The notes: generated by a model from the letters alone, not told the origin. A stretch of 62,981 nt of DNA, filler included, from an uncultured Methanosarcinales archaeon (GCA_964398115.1; 4 parts of 4 records of this genome joined end to end with filler, not necessarily neighbours in it), one strand, 5' to 3'. Shown: positions 45,748-56,375, numbered from the whole stretch's first letter. Numbers and translations: made by a program.

Positions 45748-47459
45748 GCAAGGTTAAAGAATTATTTACGAACTGGAGGATTTTAGTCTTGATAGCTGCT
45801 ATAATTCTCGCTGTTGTTTCTATAAATCCAACTTTTGGACAACAAGGGGTGGCTATACAAAGTGTGGAGAAGAATAGCACGGCGGCAAGAGCTGGTATAT
45901 CGAGTCCTGAATCTAACGTAGCTCCTAGAAGCTTAGAAGTTATCAAATCCATAAATAACATCCCGATCAATAGTGTTGAAGAGTATCATAACCTCACTTC
46001 AAATCTTCCTGTCAATCAATCCATTTCCGTTAAAACCAATAGGGACACTTATATTTTGGAAACTGAAGAAAAGATTAACATTACTAAGACTGGGAGGAAT
46101 ATAACTAGGAATGTTACAGAAGAAGTTTTCAACGAAACTTTGAACAAAACTGTTAATGTAACGAGAAGAGTGACTGAGCCCGAAGTGGTTAGGACTCCTA
46201 CTGGTGAAGTTGCTGATTTGGGAATTAATGTTATTGAAGCACCCACTACTAATATTCGTAAAGGTTTAGACTTGACAGGTGGTACGAGAGTTATATTACA
46301 ACCTCAAAGTGAGGTTAGTGAAGACGATATGGAGTTGTTGTTGGAAAACATACAGCAAAGGCTTAACGTTTTTGGATTAAGTGACGTGACGGTCAGATCT
46401 GCAAGTGACTTGAGAGGAAACCAGTTCGTCATTGTGGAAATCGCTGGTGTAACTCAGGAGAGAGTTACTGAATTAATTTCTGAGCAAGGAGTGTTTGAAG
46501 CTAAGATTGGAAATAAATCAGTGTTTACTGGTGGGGATGACGTAACTTACGTTTGTAGAAGCGCCGAGTGCTCCGGGATAGACTCTCAAAGAGGTTGTAA
46601 CCAGCAGCAAAACGGGCGTTGGATTTGTGGATTTAGATTCCAAATTAGTTTGAGTCCTGACGCTGCAGAAAGACAAGCAGACATTACGAGGAACTTGAGC
46701 GTGGTTGAAGGCCAAGGTGGAGGTTACTTGAGTAAACCTCTTGACTTGTATCTTGATGGGGAAAAAGTTGACAGTTTGCAAATCGCCGCTAGCTTGCAAG
46801 GAAGTGCTGTAACTGATATTTCTATAACTGGTTCAGGTAATGGAACGACGAGGAGAGAAGCTACTGATGACGCTTTGCAGGAGATGAAGAGGTTGCAAAC
46901 TATCTTGATCACGGGGAGTCTGCCTGTACAGCTTGACATTGCAAGGGTGGATGAGTTAAGCCCGGTTTTGGGAGAACAATTCTTGCAGAACGCTATTAAT
47001 ATTGGATTATTCGCCATTCTTTCAGTTGTCTTAACAGTGTTCATCAGATATAGGAGATTTGCTGTTAGCATCCCTATGATTATTGCAATGCTTAGCGAAG
47101 CTTTGCTAATATTAGGCGTAGCAGCAATTATTGGTTGGAATCTGGACTTAGCTGCTATCGCGGGTATAATAATTGCTATTGGTACTGGTGTTGACGATCA
47201 GATTGTCATCACTGATGAGACTCTTACAAAGAGAGGTAGAAGTAGGGGTAAGGGTTGGAAGGAACGTTTGAAGAGAGCTTTCTTCATCATCTTCGCTGCT
47301 TACTTCACGTTGGTAGTGGCTATGATCCCGTTGTGGTTTGCCGGTGCTGGAATGCTTAGAGGCTTTGCTATCACTACCATTTTGGGTGTTAGCGTGGGAG
47401 TATTTATTACGAGACCTGCTTTTGCAGAAATGGTTGAAATCTTCGCTGAAGAATATTAA
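45744..47459 (+). CDS. secD: Protein translocase subunit SecD
   Basis: GLDLTGG, RLNVFGL, GSLPV, IGTGVDDQIVI, GFAITT. Confidence 0.95.
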   Translation: MSKVKELFTNWRILVLIAAIILAVVSINPTFGQQGVAIQSVEKNSTAARAGISSPESNVAPRSLEVIKSINNIPINSVEEYHNLTSNLPVNQSISVKTNRDTYILETEEKINITKTGRNITRNVTEEVFNETLNKTVNVTRRVTEPEVVRTPTGEVADLGINVIEAPTTNIRKGLDLTGGTRVILQPQSEVSEDDMELLLENIQQRLNVFGLSDVTVRSASDLRGNQFVIVEIAGVTQERVTELISEQGVFEAKIGNKSVFTGGDDVTYVCRSAECSGIDSQRGCNQQQNGRWICGFRFQISLSPDAAERQADITRNLSVVEGQGGGYLSKPLDLYLDGEKVDSLQIAASLQGSAVTDISITGSGNGTTRREATDDALQEMKRLQTILITGSLPVQLDIARVDELSPVLGEQFLQNAINIGLFAILSVVLTVFIRYRRFAVSIPMIIAMLSEALLILGVAAIIGWNLDLAAIAGIIIAIGTGVDDQIVITDETLTKRGRSRGKGWKERLKRAFFIIFAAYFTLVVAMIPLWFAGAGMLRGFAITTILGVSVGVFITRPAFAEMVEIFAEEY

Positions 47460-47511
47460 ATCATTTTAATTATGTCTTCTTCTACTTTGTAAGTGTTGTT
47501 GCATTCTTCAC
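47456..47511 (-). CDS. 3' end of a small Zn-ribbon (Trm112-like) gene cut by the contig end
   Basis: Manual translation (C)EECNNTYKVEEDIIKMI*. Confidence 0.35.
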
Positions 47512-47611
47512 NNNNNNNNNNNNNNNNNNNNNNNNNNNNNNNNNNNNNNNNNNNNTTAATTAATTAANNNNNNNNNNNNNNNNNNNNNNNNNNNNNNNNN
47601 NNNNNNNNNNN
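47512..47611. other. Artificial contig spacer
   Basis: N44-TTAATTAATTAA-N44. Confidence 0.98.
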
Positions 47612-47681
47612 ACTTCCAAATCAAACTATTAAATAACGCACCCAAAAAGAGAGACAACTCAATCGTGGGGGAGAAGAAAGA

Positions 47682-49025
47682 TTGGTAGATAAACTAGAAA
47701 AAATCAGGAAGGGAGAACTAACCGCACGAGAAAACATTCAAAACTATCTAGACAAAATTGAAGACGACAAATACAACGCCTTCATCAGCGTGAATGAAAA
47801 CGCGATTGAAGAAGCAAAAAAAATCGACGAAAAAATAGAAAACAACGAAGCAGGCGAACTAGCCGGCCTAGCAATCGCAGTAAAATCAAACATTAGCGTA
47901 AAAGACCAAAAAGTAACCTGTGCATCTAAAACACTCGAAGACTACGAAGGAAGCTTCGACGCAGACGTTATCAAAAAAATCAAACAAGAAGACGGCATAA
48001 TAATAGGAATGACAAACATGGACGAATTCGCCGCAGGCGCTTCAGGTGAACACAGCGCCTATGCTCCTACAAAAAATCCTGAAAACCCAGACTACATAAC
48101 AGGAGGTTCAAGCAGCGGAAGCGCAGCCGCCGTCGCCGCCAACTACTGCGACATAGCACTAGGAAGCGACACCGGCGGAAGCATAAGAAATCCTGCCAGC
48201 CACTGCGGAGTCGTCGGAATAAAACCAAGCTACGGAAGAGTATCAAGATTTGGCTTGATCGACTTAAGCATGAGCCTCGACCAAATCGGACCCCTCACGA
48301 GAAACGTAGAACTAGCAGCACACACCCTAAAAATAATAGCCGGGCCAACAAAATACGACGCCACCACAGTAGACAAACCAGTAAATAACTACACACAATT
48401 CCCCGCCATAGAAGACTTCACCATCGGCATAAGTCCAGACTTCAAAAAACTCTGCACCAACGAAAAACTATACGAGAAAGTAACTGAAAAAGCGAAAAGC
48501 CTAGCGAAAAAACACGATATGGAAATAAAAGAAGTCTCATTAGATAACATCGATTTAGCAGTAGCCACCTACTATCCCATAGTCTACACCGAATTCTACA
48601 GTAGCACAAGAAAATTCGACGGAAGAAAATACGGAAAGAAAATAGAAGAAGCGGCAGGCGACGAAGTTAGGAGAAGGATATTAGGAGGAAAAGAAATCAG
48701 CAGAGCAGAATTCGAAGGGAAATACTACAGGAAAGCACTCGCCGCCAAAAAACTCATACAACAAGACCTAGAACAAGCATTCGAACAAGTCGACGTGTTA
48801 ATAACACCCGTCACGCCAAGACTACCTCACAAAATCGGCGAAGAAATAACGCCGGAAGAAGAATACGCATACGACGCCTTCACCATACCAGCAAACCTAG
48901 CCGGGAACTGCGCCGGGACAGTACCAGCCGGAAAAATAGACGATCTGCCATACGGCATACAAGTAATGGCACCCGAATTTAAAGAAGAAATGATGCTCGC
49001 CGTAATGAAAAGACTAGAAAGGTAA
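47682..49025 (+). CDS. gatA: Asp/Glu-tRNA amidotransferase subunit A
   Basis: Amidase signature GGSSSGSAAAVA, GSDTGGSIRNPA, GDEVRRRILGG, KYY.KA. Confidence 0.92.
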   Translation: MVDKLEKIRKGELTARENIQNYLDKIEDDKYNAFISVNENAIEEAKKIDEKIENNEAGELAGLAIAVKSNISVKDQKVTCASKTLEDYEGSFDADVIKKIKQEDGIIIGMTNMDEFAAGASGEHSAYAPTKNPENPDYITGGSSSGSAAAVAANYCDIALGSDTGGSIRNPASHCGVVGIKPSYGRVSRFGLIDLSMSLDQIGPLTRNVELAAHTLKIIAGPTKYDATTVDKPVNNYTQFPAIEDFTIGISPDFKKLCTNEKLYEKVTEKAKSLAKKHDMEIKEVSLDNIDLAVATYYPIVYTEFYSSTRKFDGRKYGKKIEEAAGDEVRRRILGGKEISRAEFEGKYYRKALAAKKLIQQDLEQAFEQVDVLITPVTPRLPHKIGEEITPEEEYAYDAFTIPANLAGNCAGTVPAGKIDDLPYGIQVMAPEFKEEMMLAVMKRLER

Positions 49026-49059
49026 CTTTATAAAAAACAGAGAGGTTTTCTCAAAATAC

Positions 49060-50820
49060 ATGCTAAGAACACACACTTGCGGAGAACTACGGAAAAAAGA
49101 CGAGGAAGAAGAAGTAACCCTAACAGGATGGGTACACAGCCGAAGAGACCACGGCGGAGTCATATTCATCGACCTAAGAGACCGCTACGGACTCACACAA
49201 GTAGTATTCGACCCCAGCTACGAAGAAACCACACACGAAGTAGCAGACGACCTACGAAGAGAAGACTGCATCCAAGTAAAAGGAGAAGTGAGAGAAAGGA
49301 AAGAAGGTATGAAAAACCCAGACCTCAACACAGGCGACATAGAAGTATTCGTTTCTGAACTAAATGTTTTAAAAGAAAGCGAAACACCACCAATAGAAGT
49401 CGACGATACTAAAGTACCTGGAGAAGACACTAGATTAAGATGGAGATACCTTGACCTACGCAGACCAAGCATGCAAGAGAACCTCGTTATGAAGCACAAA
49501 GCCAGACAAGCTGCAAGAGAATACCTAACAAAACATGATTTTGTAGAAATGGAAACACCAATGCTTATGAAAAGCACGCCGGAAGGAGCAAGAGACTACG
49601 TCGTACCAAGCAGAGTAAACCCTGGAGAATTCTACGCCTTACCACAAAGCCCACAACTATACAAACAAATCCTAATGGTAGCAGGCATGGACAGATACTT
49701 CCAATTCCCCAGATGCCTAAGAGATGAAGACTTGAGGCAGGACAGACAACCAGAACACACACAAATAGATATAGAAATGAGCTTCTGCGAACTAGACGAC
49801 CTCCTAGAAATGTGGGAAGACCTAATGAAACACATGTTCAAACAAGCCGCAGACATAGATATCAAAACACCCTTCCCCAGAATACCATACGACGAAGCAA
49901 TGGAAAAATACGGAACAGACAAACCAGACATCCGATTCGATCTCGAACTAACCGACGTGACAGACATAGTAAAAGAAAGCGACTTTGCAGTCTTCAAAAA
50001 CGTAGTAGAAAAAGGAGGCATCGTAAAATGCATCAACCCCGACGAACACTTTTCAAGGAATGAATTAGACGACTACATCCAGTACTGTCAAGAACAAGGT
50101 GCAAAAGGAATGGCCTATATGAAAGTAACCGAAGACGGCTTGGAAGGAAACATAGTCAAATACTTCCCAGAAGATGTGCAAGAAAAACTTGTAGAAGCAA
50201 CAAACGCAAAGCCGGAGAGCACGTTAATGTTCATCGCAGACACATACAAAACCACCAACCACGTCATATCAAGACTAAGAAACAAACTAGCCCGAGACCT
50301 AGACCTAATCGACGAAGATGAATACGCATTCTGCTACATAACAGACTTCCCACTATTCGAATGGGACCCAGACGAAGACAAATGGGTGCCAGCACACCAC
50401 ATGTTCTGCCAACCAAAAGAAGAAGACATAAAACACTTAGATGAAAACCCAGGCGAAGTAGAATGCACACAATACGACCTCGTCCTAAACGGAGTCGAAC
50501 TAGGAAGCGGAAGCCTAAGAGTAACCGACCCACAACTACAAGAAAAAATATTAGAAGTAATAGATTACAGCAAAGAAGAAGTCAAAGAAAAATTCGGCTT
50601 CTTACTAGAAAGCTTCAAATTCGGAGCGCCACCACACGGAGGCGTAGGACTAGGATTCGACAGAATAGTCGCACTCATGTGCGGATTCAACGACATAAGA
50701 GAAGTCATACCCTTCCCCAAAAATAAACAAGCACAAAACCCGATGGACGGCAGCCCCAGCCCTATAAGCGAAGAACAACTAAGCGAACTACACATACAAC
50801 TAGACTTGCCAGAAGACTAA
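49060..50820 (+). CDS. aspS: Aspartyl-tRNA synthetase, bacterial type (GAD insertion), probably non-discriminating
   Basis: MLRTHTCGELR, RRDHGG, STPEGARDY, LPQSPQLYKQILM, RQPE, YGTDKPD, GAPPHGG; 586 aa. Confidence 0.97.
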   Translation: MLRTHTCGELRKKDEEEEVTLTGWVHSRRDHGGVIFIDLRDRYGLTQVVFDPSYEETTHEVADDLRREDCIQVKGEVRERKEGMKNPDLNTGDIEVFVSELNVLKESETPPIEVDDTKVPGEDTRLRWRYLDLRRPSMQENLVMKHKARQAAREYLTKHDFVEMETPMLMKSTPEGARDYVVPSRVNPGEFYALPQSPQLYKQILMVAGMDRYFQFPRCLRDEDLRQDRQPEHTQIDIEMSFCELDDLLEMWEDLMKHMFKQAADIDIKTPFPRIPYDEAMEKYGTDKPDIRFDLELTDVTDIVKESDFAVFKNVVEKGGIVKCINPDEHFSRNELDDYIQYCQEQGAKGMAYMKVTEDGLEGNIVKYFPEDVQEKLVEATNAKPESTLMFIADTYKTTNHVISRLRNKLARDLDLIDEDEYAFCYITDFPLFEWDPDEDKWVPAHHMFCQPKEEDIKHLDENPGEVECTQYDLVLNGVELGSGSLRVTDPQLQEKILEVIDYSKEEVKEKFGFLLESFKFGAPPHGGVGLGFDRIVALMCGFNDIREVIPFPKNKQAQNPMDGSPSPISEEQLSELHIQLDLPED

Positions 50821-50854
50821 AACCTTAAAAACAAAACCACCTTTTTCTCCAAAC

Positions 50855-51346
50855 ATGGAAATAAATGTTAGGAACGAAAGCATAACAAGAATAGAAGTCG
50901 ACGGAATCATAAACCCAGCTAATAGCTTCGGATACATGGGGGGAGGCGTAGCAAAAGTAATCAAAGGCGTGGGCGGAGAAGACATAGAAGAAGAAGCAAT
51001 CCAAAACGCGCCTGTAGAAATAGGAAAAGCACTCGCCACCACAAGTGGAGACTTAAGATGTGATGCGATAATCCACGCACCAGTCATGAGGAACCCTAGC
51101 GAAACTACTGACACTCACAAGATAGAACAAGCCATAAGGGCCGCGTTAGAACTAGCAGAAGAAATGGAAATGAAAAAACTAGCCATACCCGGGATAGGAA
51201 CCGGTGTCGGTGGAGTAAAGCCGGAAGAAAGTGCCGAAGTTATGATAAAAGTCTTAAAAGAATTCAACGACAAATTCGAAAAAATAACCTTGATAGATAT
51301 CGATGAAGAAATGTGCCAAGCATGGGAGAAACTGTTAGAATCCTAA
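50855..51346 (+). CDS. Macro domain (ADP-ribose binding/hydrolase) protein
   Basis: DGIINPANS..YMGGGVA, IIHAP, PGIGTGVGG. Confidence 0.93.
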   Translation: MEINVRNESITRIEVDGIINPANSFGYMGGGVAKVIKGVGGEDIEEEAIQNAPVEIGKALATTSGDLRCDAIIHAPVMRNPSETTDTHKIEQAIRAALELAEEMEMKKLAIPGIGTGVGGVKPEESAEVMIKVLKEFNDKFEKITLIDIDEEMCQAWEKLLES

Positions 51347-51967
51347 GAATTCCATCGCTTTAGGTACTTCTTCAGATTCTATTATGAACAGAGTATCCTT
51401 CCAGCAGGACATCATCTCAACAATATTAACACCATTTTCAGCGAACCTACCTGTGAGATAAGAAACAACTCCAGGTGTTTCTTCAATACTTTCTGGTGAT
51501 TTGTAAATAATCAAAGCCAGATCAGATTTTACTTTCTCAATAAATTCCTGTAAATGATTTCTAACACTTTCATATTTTTCTTGTGTTATTAAAGTGTCTT
51601 TATCACTTCCTTCAATTAGATACCATGTTCCCTTATCCTCTTTTATAGATTCTCGCAAATCACTAATCTCATCATTATCATAACTCTTATCTAGGATGTA
51701 TACAGTAATTTTATTCTTAATTTCTATCTCGCTTTCTTCGATTAATTTTTTAATTTCATTATCAGTTCCACTTATTTTCTCTTTGTATCTGCGAGCTGCA
51801 ATTAGAATGGCATCTTTAGAAGTTTTATTTTGAATATTTAGTTCTGTAGCGATGTGTCTGGCGAGAGCTGAGTAGTTAATTAGGCCTTTTTTCAAGCAAT
51901 TTGCAATATGTGGGTGCTCTTTAACGTACTGCTTGGTTACATCTGAAGTGCTTTTATCCATATCCAA
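51335..51967 (-). CDS. HTH-ACT domain amino-acid-responsive regulator
   Basis: GLINYSALAR N-terminus; C-terminal ACT (TPGVVSYLTGRFAENGVNIVEMMSC). Confidence 0.8.
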   Translation of the reverse strand: MDMDKSTSDVTKQYVKEHPHIANCLKKGLINYSALARHIATELNIQNKTSKDAILIAARRYKEKISGTDNEIKKLIEESEIEIKNKITVYILDKSYDNDEISDLRESIKEDKGTWYLIEGSDKDTLITQEKYESVRNHLQEFIEKVKSDLALIIYKSPESIEETPGVVSYLTGRFAENGVNIVEMMSCWKDTLFIIESEEVPKAMEFLGF

Positions 51968-52087
51968 TATTGAACCATGTCTATATATAAATCTTATTAA
52001 TTTGTTTTAAATAAAACTCTTTTGTAAATAAGTGTTTGACTTCGTTCACGAAATATAAAACCTCCAACGTCATAACCAAAAAATACC

Positions 52088-53266
52088 ATGAAAACCATAC
52101 TTGCCTACAGCGGAGGACTGGACACTTCCATCATCCTACACTGGCTCACACAACACGACCACCACGTCACTTGTTACGTAGCAGATATAGGACAGAAAGA
52201 AGAACATCAAGAAATCAAAGACAAAGCAAAAAAATTAGGTGCAGAAAAAGTAATAATACAAGATTTAAAAGAAAAACTAATCAAAAAATTCTACCACCCA
52301 GCACTACAAGCCAACGCACTCTACCAAAACAAATACCTACTAGGAACCGCCATTGCACGCCCACTAATAGCCAAAGAAATGATTAAGACAGCAAAAAAAG
52401 AACACATCAAAAACCTAGCCCACGGAGCAACAGGAAAAGGAAATGACCAAATAAGATTCGAACTAGCATTCAAAAAACTAATGCCAGAAGCAAACATAAT
52501 CGCACCCTGGAAAAACGAAAAATTCCTAAAAAAATTCAAAGGAAGAAAAGACCTCATAAAGTACGCAGAAAAACACGAAATAGAGTATGATGAGAAAGTC
52601 ACATACAGCATAGATGAAAACCTACTCCACACAAGCTACGAAGGAGACAAAATAGAAAACATCAACCACTATCCAAACGAACAAGTATTCAAAAAGACCA
52701 CAAAACCTCAAAACGCCCCAGATAAAACAGTAAATATAGAAATAAAATTCTCCCATGGAAAACCCGTTCAAATAAAAACAGAAAAAGAAACAGTAAAAGA
52801 CCCTGTAGAAATAATTGAAAAACTCAACCAAATAGGTGGAGAAAACGCCATAGGAAGAACAGATCTCATAGAAGACAGAATAATAGGAATAAAATCACGT
52901 GGAATATACGAAGCACCAGCAGCTACAATCCTCCTAAAAGCACATCAAGAACTAGAACAGCTGACCCTAGACAAAGAACAATTACGGATAAAAAACCAAT
53001 TAGAACAAAAAATAACGGAAAAAATATACGCAGGCGAATGGTTCACGCCCGAAATGGAAATCATGCAAAAATCTATATTACAAACACAAGAAAAAGTAAA
53101 CGGAACAATCACTTTAGAGCTATACAAAGGTAATATGAAAGTAGTGAAGAGAAAGTCAAAAGACAAGATGTATAACCAGGGAAAATCCAGTATGGATAAA
53201 CTAGTCATCGATCCAACCGATAGTAAAGGATACATCAACACGAAAGCTTTGAGGTACCAAAAATGA
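52088..53266 (+). CDS. argG: Argininosuccinate synthase
   Basis: LAYSGGLDTS, LGTAIARP, HGATGKGNDQIRF, YSIDENL, KSRGIYEAP. Confidence 0.96.
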   Translation: MKTILAYSGGLDTSIILHWLTQHDHHVTCYVADIGQKEEHQEIKDKAKKLGAEKVIIQDLKEKLIKKFYHPALQANALYQNKYLLGTAIARPLIAKEMIKTAKKEHIKNLAHGATGKGNDQIRFELAFKKLMPEANIIAPWKNEKFLKKFKGRKDLIKYAEKHEIEYDEKVTYSIDENLLHTSYEGDKIENINHYPNEQVFKKTTKPQNAPDKTVNIEIKFSHGKPVQIKTEKETVKDPVEIIEKLNQIGGENAIGRTDLIEDRIIGIKSRGIYEAPAATILLKAHQELEQLTLDKEQLRIKNQLEQKITEKIYAGEWFTPEMEIMQKSILQTQEKVNGTITLELYKGNMKVVKRKSKDKMYNQGKSSMDKLVIDPTDSKGYINTKALRYQK

Positions 53267-54414
53267 AACTCTGGAAAAACAAAGAAACAGATGAAGAAAT
53301 AATAGAATTCACTGTGGGAAATGATCACAAACTAGATCAACAACTACTCCATTACGATTGTGAAGCCAGCAAGGCACACGCCAAAATGCTCAAAGAAATA
53401 GAGATACTTGATAGAAAAGAATACGAACAGATAAAGAAAGAACTAGAAAAAATTCAAGACGAAGGGTTGAAAATTGAAAAAGAAGATGAAGACTGCCATA
53501 CGGCAATAGAAAAACACTTAACAAAAAAATTAGGAGATACAGGAAAGAAAATACATACAGGAAGAAGCCGTAACGATCAAGTAATGGCTGCACTACGTCT
53601 CTATGAAAAAGAAAACCTAGAACAAATAAAAGAATACCTAGATATCTACTTAGATAAAATAGAAGAAAAAATAAAGACAAAAGGTTCTACAAAAATTCCA
53701 GGCTACACGCACACACGCAAAGCCATGCCTACAACAGTAAAAAACTGGCTTGGATCATTTAAAGAATCCGGACAAGATAACAAAGAATTGCTAGAATTAA
53801 CCAAGAAAATAATAGACAAGTCGCCCTTAGGAACCGCTGCAGGTTTCGGAGTGAAACTATCACTTGACAAACAAATGGTGGCACAAGAACTCAATTTTAG
53901 CCAAACAACAAAACACCCCTTATATGTTCAAAATACAAGAGGGAAAATAGAACTACAAATACTCAACTGCCTAGGACAAATCATGCTCAACCTAAATAAA
54001 CTCGCAACAGACCTGATAACCTACAGTACAGAAGAATACAATCTAATCAAAATACCAGAAAAATTTTGTACCGGAAGTTCAATAATGCCTCATAAACAAA
54101 ATCCAGACGTGCTAGAAATAATAAGAGCTAAATATTCAAAAATAAAGGGAGCGCAAGCCCAAATCTCCAACCTATGCGCAAACTTAATGTCAGGATATCA
54201 TAGAGACATGCAACTGATTAAACAACCTTTATTTGAATCGATCAAAACCGTGAAGGAGTGCCTCTATATGATGACTAAAATAATTGAAGGAATAGAATTT
54301 AAAGGAGCAGAATGTGAAAGTGCTATCACCGAAGAGATGAAATCAGTTGAAAGAATAAACGAGAAAGTAAAAAACGGCACTACCTTTAGAGATGCTTATC
54401 AAGAGGAAGCCTAA
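53263..54414 (+). CDS. argH: Argininosuccinate lyase (short form)
   Basis: MKLW, EDCHTAIE, HTGRSRNDQ, PGYTH, TGSSIMPHKQNPD. Confidence 0.93.
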   Translation: MKLWKNKETDEEIIEFTVGNDHKLDQQLLHYDCEASKAHAKMLKEIEILDRKEYEQIKKELEKIQDEGLKIEKEDEDCHTAIEKHLTKKLGDTGKKIHTGRSRNDQVMAALRLYEKENLEQIKEYLDIYLDKIEEKIKTKGSTKIPGYTHTRKAMPTTVKNWLGSFKESGQDNKELLELTKKIIDKSPLGTAAGFGVKLSLDKQMVAQELNFSQTTKHPLYVQNTRGKIELQILNCLGQIMLNLNKLATDLITYSTEEYNLIKIPEKFCTGSSIMPHKQNPDVLEIIRAKYSKIKGAQAQISNLCANLMSGYHRDMQLIKQPLFESIKTVKECLYMMTKIIEGIEFKGAECESAITEEMKSVERINEKVKNGTTFRDAYQEEA

Positions 54415-55130
54415 CCAAAATTGTCAAGAACGCCTTCTTCATCCAATTCCTCAACAACTACTTCTTCATCCTTGTAAACCTTGTAAGCACTCGCATTTTC
54501 ATCACTTCTTAAAATCTTGTACTCATCATCTATAACTTCCAAAGCAGCCTTGTTATCAACTGCAATACCTGTCTGATTAAACTTGTCCACCATTCTTTTG
54601 AAACCTTCTCTTCTTCCTTCACTGTCAAAGTGCGGGCAATGAATCCCAGGCAATAATCCTAAACCAGTAACGCGGATGTAATCCCAATCATCATAATCAT
54701 AAAAACGATAACTATCACTATGACCAAAGTCAAACCAGCAAATGCTCCCCGCGCTCAAACCAGTTAAGACCGTACCGCTATAATGCGCCTCTCGTAAAGC
54801 GTCATCAAAGCCCAAGAAACGCCAACGCCTCATCATCTTCAAAGTATTACCACCACCAACATAAATGATATCAGCATCAACTGCTTGTTGAACCAAACTC
54901 TCCTTCGTAGGTTTCTGATCTAAAAGATATAAAGGCTTAACGTTACAACCAAGCTCGTCTTCATACACACCTTTAAATTTCTTAACATAACCACGATCGT
55001 CACCACTCGCCGTCGGGACAAACAAAACACTAGGCTCGTCATTCCCCGCCAATTCAACTACACGTTTATCTATATCTAAAGTTTCACCATCTCCAATCTC
55101 TCCACCCCCAATAGCAACTATTTTACCCAT
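54411..55130 (-). CDS. pepE: Peptidase E (S51 family)
   Basis: AIGGG, VPTAS, YVGGGNT, GLSAGS, CPHF. Confidence 0.9.
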   Translation of the reverse strand: MGKIVAIGGGEIGDGETLDIDKRVVELAGNDEPSVLFVPTASGDDRGYVKKFKGVYEDELGCNVKPLYLLDQKPTKESLVQQAVDADIIYVGGGNTLKMMRRWRFLGFDDALREAHYSGTVLTGLSAGSICWFDFGHSDSYRFYDYDDWDYIRVTGLGLLPGIHCPHFDSEGRREGFKRMVDKFNQTGIAVDNKAALEVIDDEYKILRSDENASAYKVYKDEEVVVEELDEEGVLDNFG

Positions 55131-56338
55131 TATAACCCTAAAACTTCTTTAGCTTCTTCCTGAACTCTTTCTTCATACTCGTACTTCTTCTCACCCTCAT
55201 CTTTCTCCTGACCCAATGCTTTCATAACCTTCCTAGTCATATCCTTTTCCTCATCACTAAAACTCGTCTCAACCTGACCAGTGTGTTCTTCAATAGCTCT
55301 TCTTTCAATCTCTTCAGGCGTTCCCTGCTCAACCTTAACCTCTTCAAACTCCTCCGTCGTCAACTTACTAGTATTTTTCATAACAAAATAAGCACCTTTC
55401 TCATACATCTCTTCAAAAACTTTACTAAAATCAATATCACTAACACGACCACTACTCAACTGACCCTCAACCCGGACCAAGACGATGGTGTCAACAAACT
55501 CCTGCTTTTCAACCTCATCCTCTAACTCTAACTCAACCTCTTCCGCGCTCTTATTCTCCGCATCCACCCGTAATTTATAAACAGATTTCAGCATGACATC
55601 CTTCCTCTCAATATCACCATCATCATAAATGTAAAAACCGCCATGTTCTAACTCTTCTAACTCGTCAAAACTAGCGGGGAATAAAGGACCAGGATAAACA
55701 ATATTTTCATAACCATCCATATCCGTCGCTTCAACCATGTGCACATGACCACCAGCGTAATAATCAAAACCCTTAGGCAACAAACTAACAGGCGCGCCAG
55801 GAACTTTTTCAAAACGCTTCGGCTTCAACTCCTCAATCGCACTATGGAACAAGAAAATCTTAAAACCATCCTCGCTTTCTAAATGCTCCCTATCCAAATC
55901 CTCATAATAACCCTTCTCCAACGCGCCACGCCTCCCTAAAATGCCAGTGAGCTTAGCACCAGTCTGTGGATCTTCTGTGAACTTTAAACGAAGACCATCC
56001 TCATAATCTCTATCCATCTTATTCACTTTCGTAACCACCCCTGCCTCTTCTAAAACGTTAAGCATGGTCTTACCACTCGTACTATAATCATGACTACCAG
56101 GAATGACATAAGTCGGAATTCCTGAGTTCTTCAAACGCACCAACTCTTTAACGCCATCACGCACAACGTCAATACTAGGAAGGCTCGTATTCAAGAAATC
56201 ACCAGCGATAACAACAAAATCAACGCCTTCATCCAAACAAGTAGAAACAGCCTCACTGAAAGCTTCCTGCACCAAGCTACTCATCTTAGGATCACGCCAA
56301 GCACCCAAGTGAACGTCAGCCATGTGAGCAAATTTCAT
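55130..56338 (-). CDS. mre11: DNA repair nuclease Mre11/SbcD
   Basis: HMADVHLG, AGD, PGSHD, YYAGGHVH, YPG. Confidence 0.9.
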   Translation of the reverse strand: MKFAHMADVHLGAWRDPKMSSLVQEAFSEAVSTCLDEGVDFVVIAGDFLNTSLPSIDVVRDGVKELVRLKNSGIPTYVIPGSHDYSTSGKTMLNVLEEAGVVTKVNKMDRDYEDGLRLKFTEDPQTGAKLTGILGRRGALEKGYYEDLDREHLESEDGFKIFLFHSAIEELKPKRFEKVPGAPVSLLPKGFDYYAGGHVHMVEATDMDGYENIVYPGPLFPASFDELEELEHGGFYIYDDGDIERKDVMLKSVYKLRVDAENKSAEEVELELEDEVEKQEFVDTIVLVRVEGQLSSGRVSDIDFSKVFEEMYEKGAYFVMKNTSKLTTEEFEEVKVEQGTPEEIERRAIEEHTGQVETSFSDEEKDMTRKVMKALGQEKDEGEKKYEYEERVQEEAKEVLGL

Positions 56339-56375
56339 AAACGTTAAAGAATAAGAAGATGTATAAAAAACTTAT

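Noticed and set aside
54411..55130. Cyanophycinase interpretation of the S51 peptidase next to argGH
   Set aside because: Length and motifs fit peptidase E, and no cyanophycin synthetase is in the window
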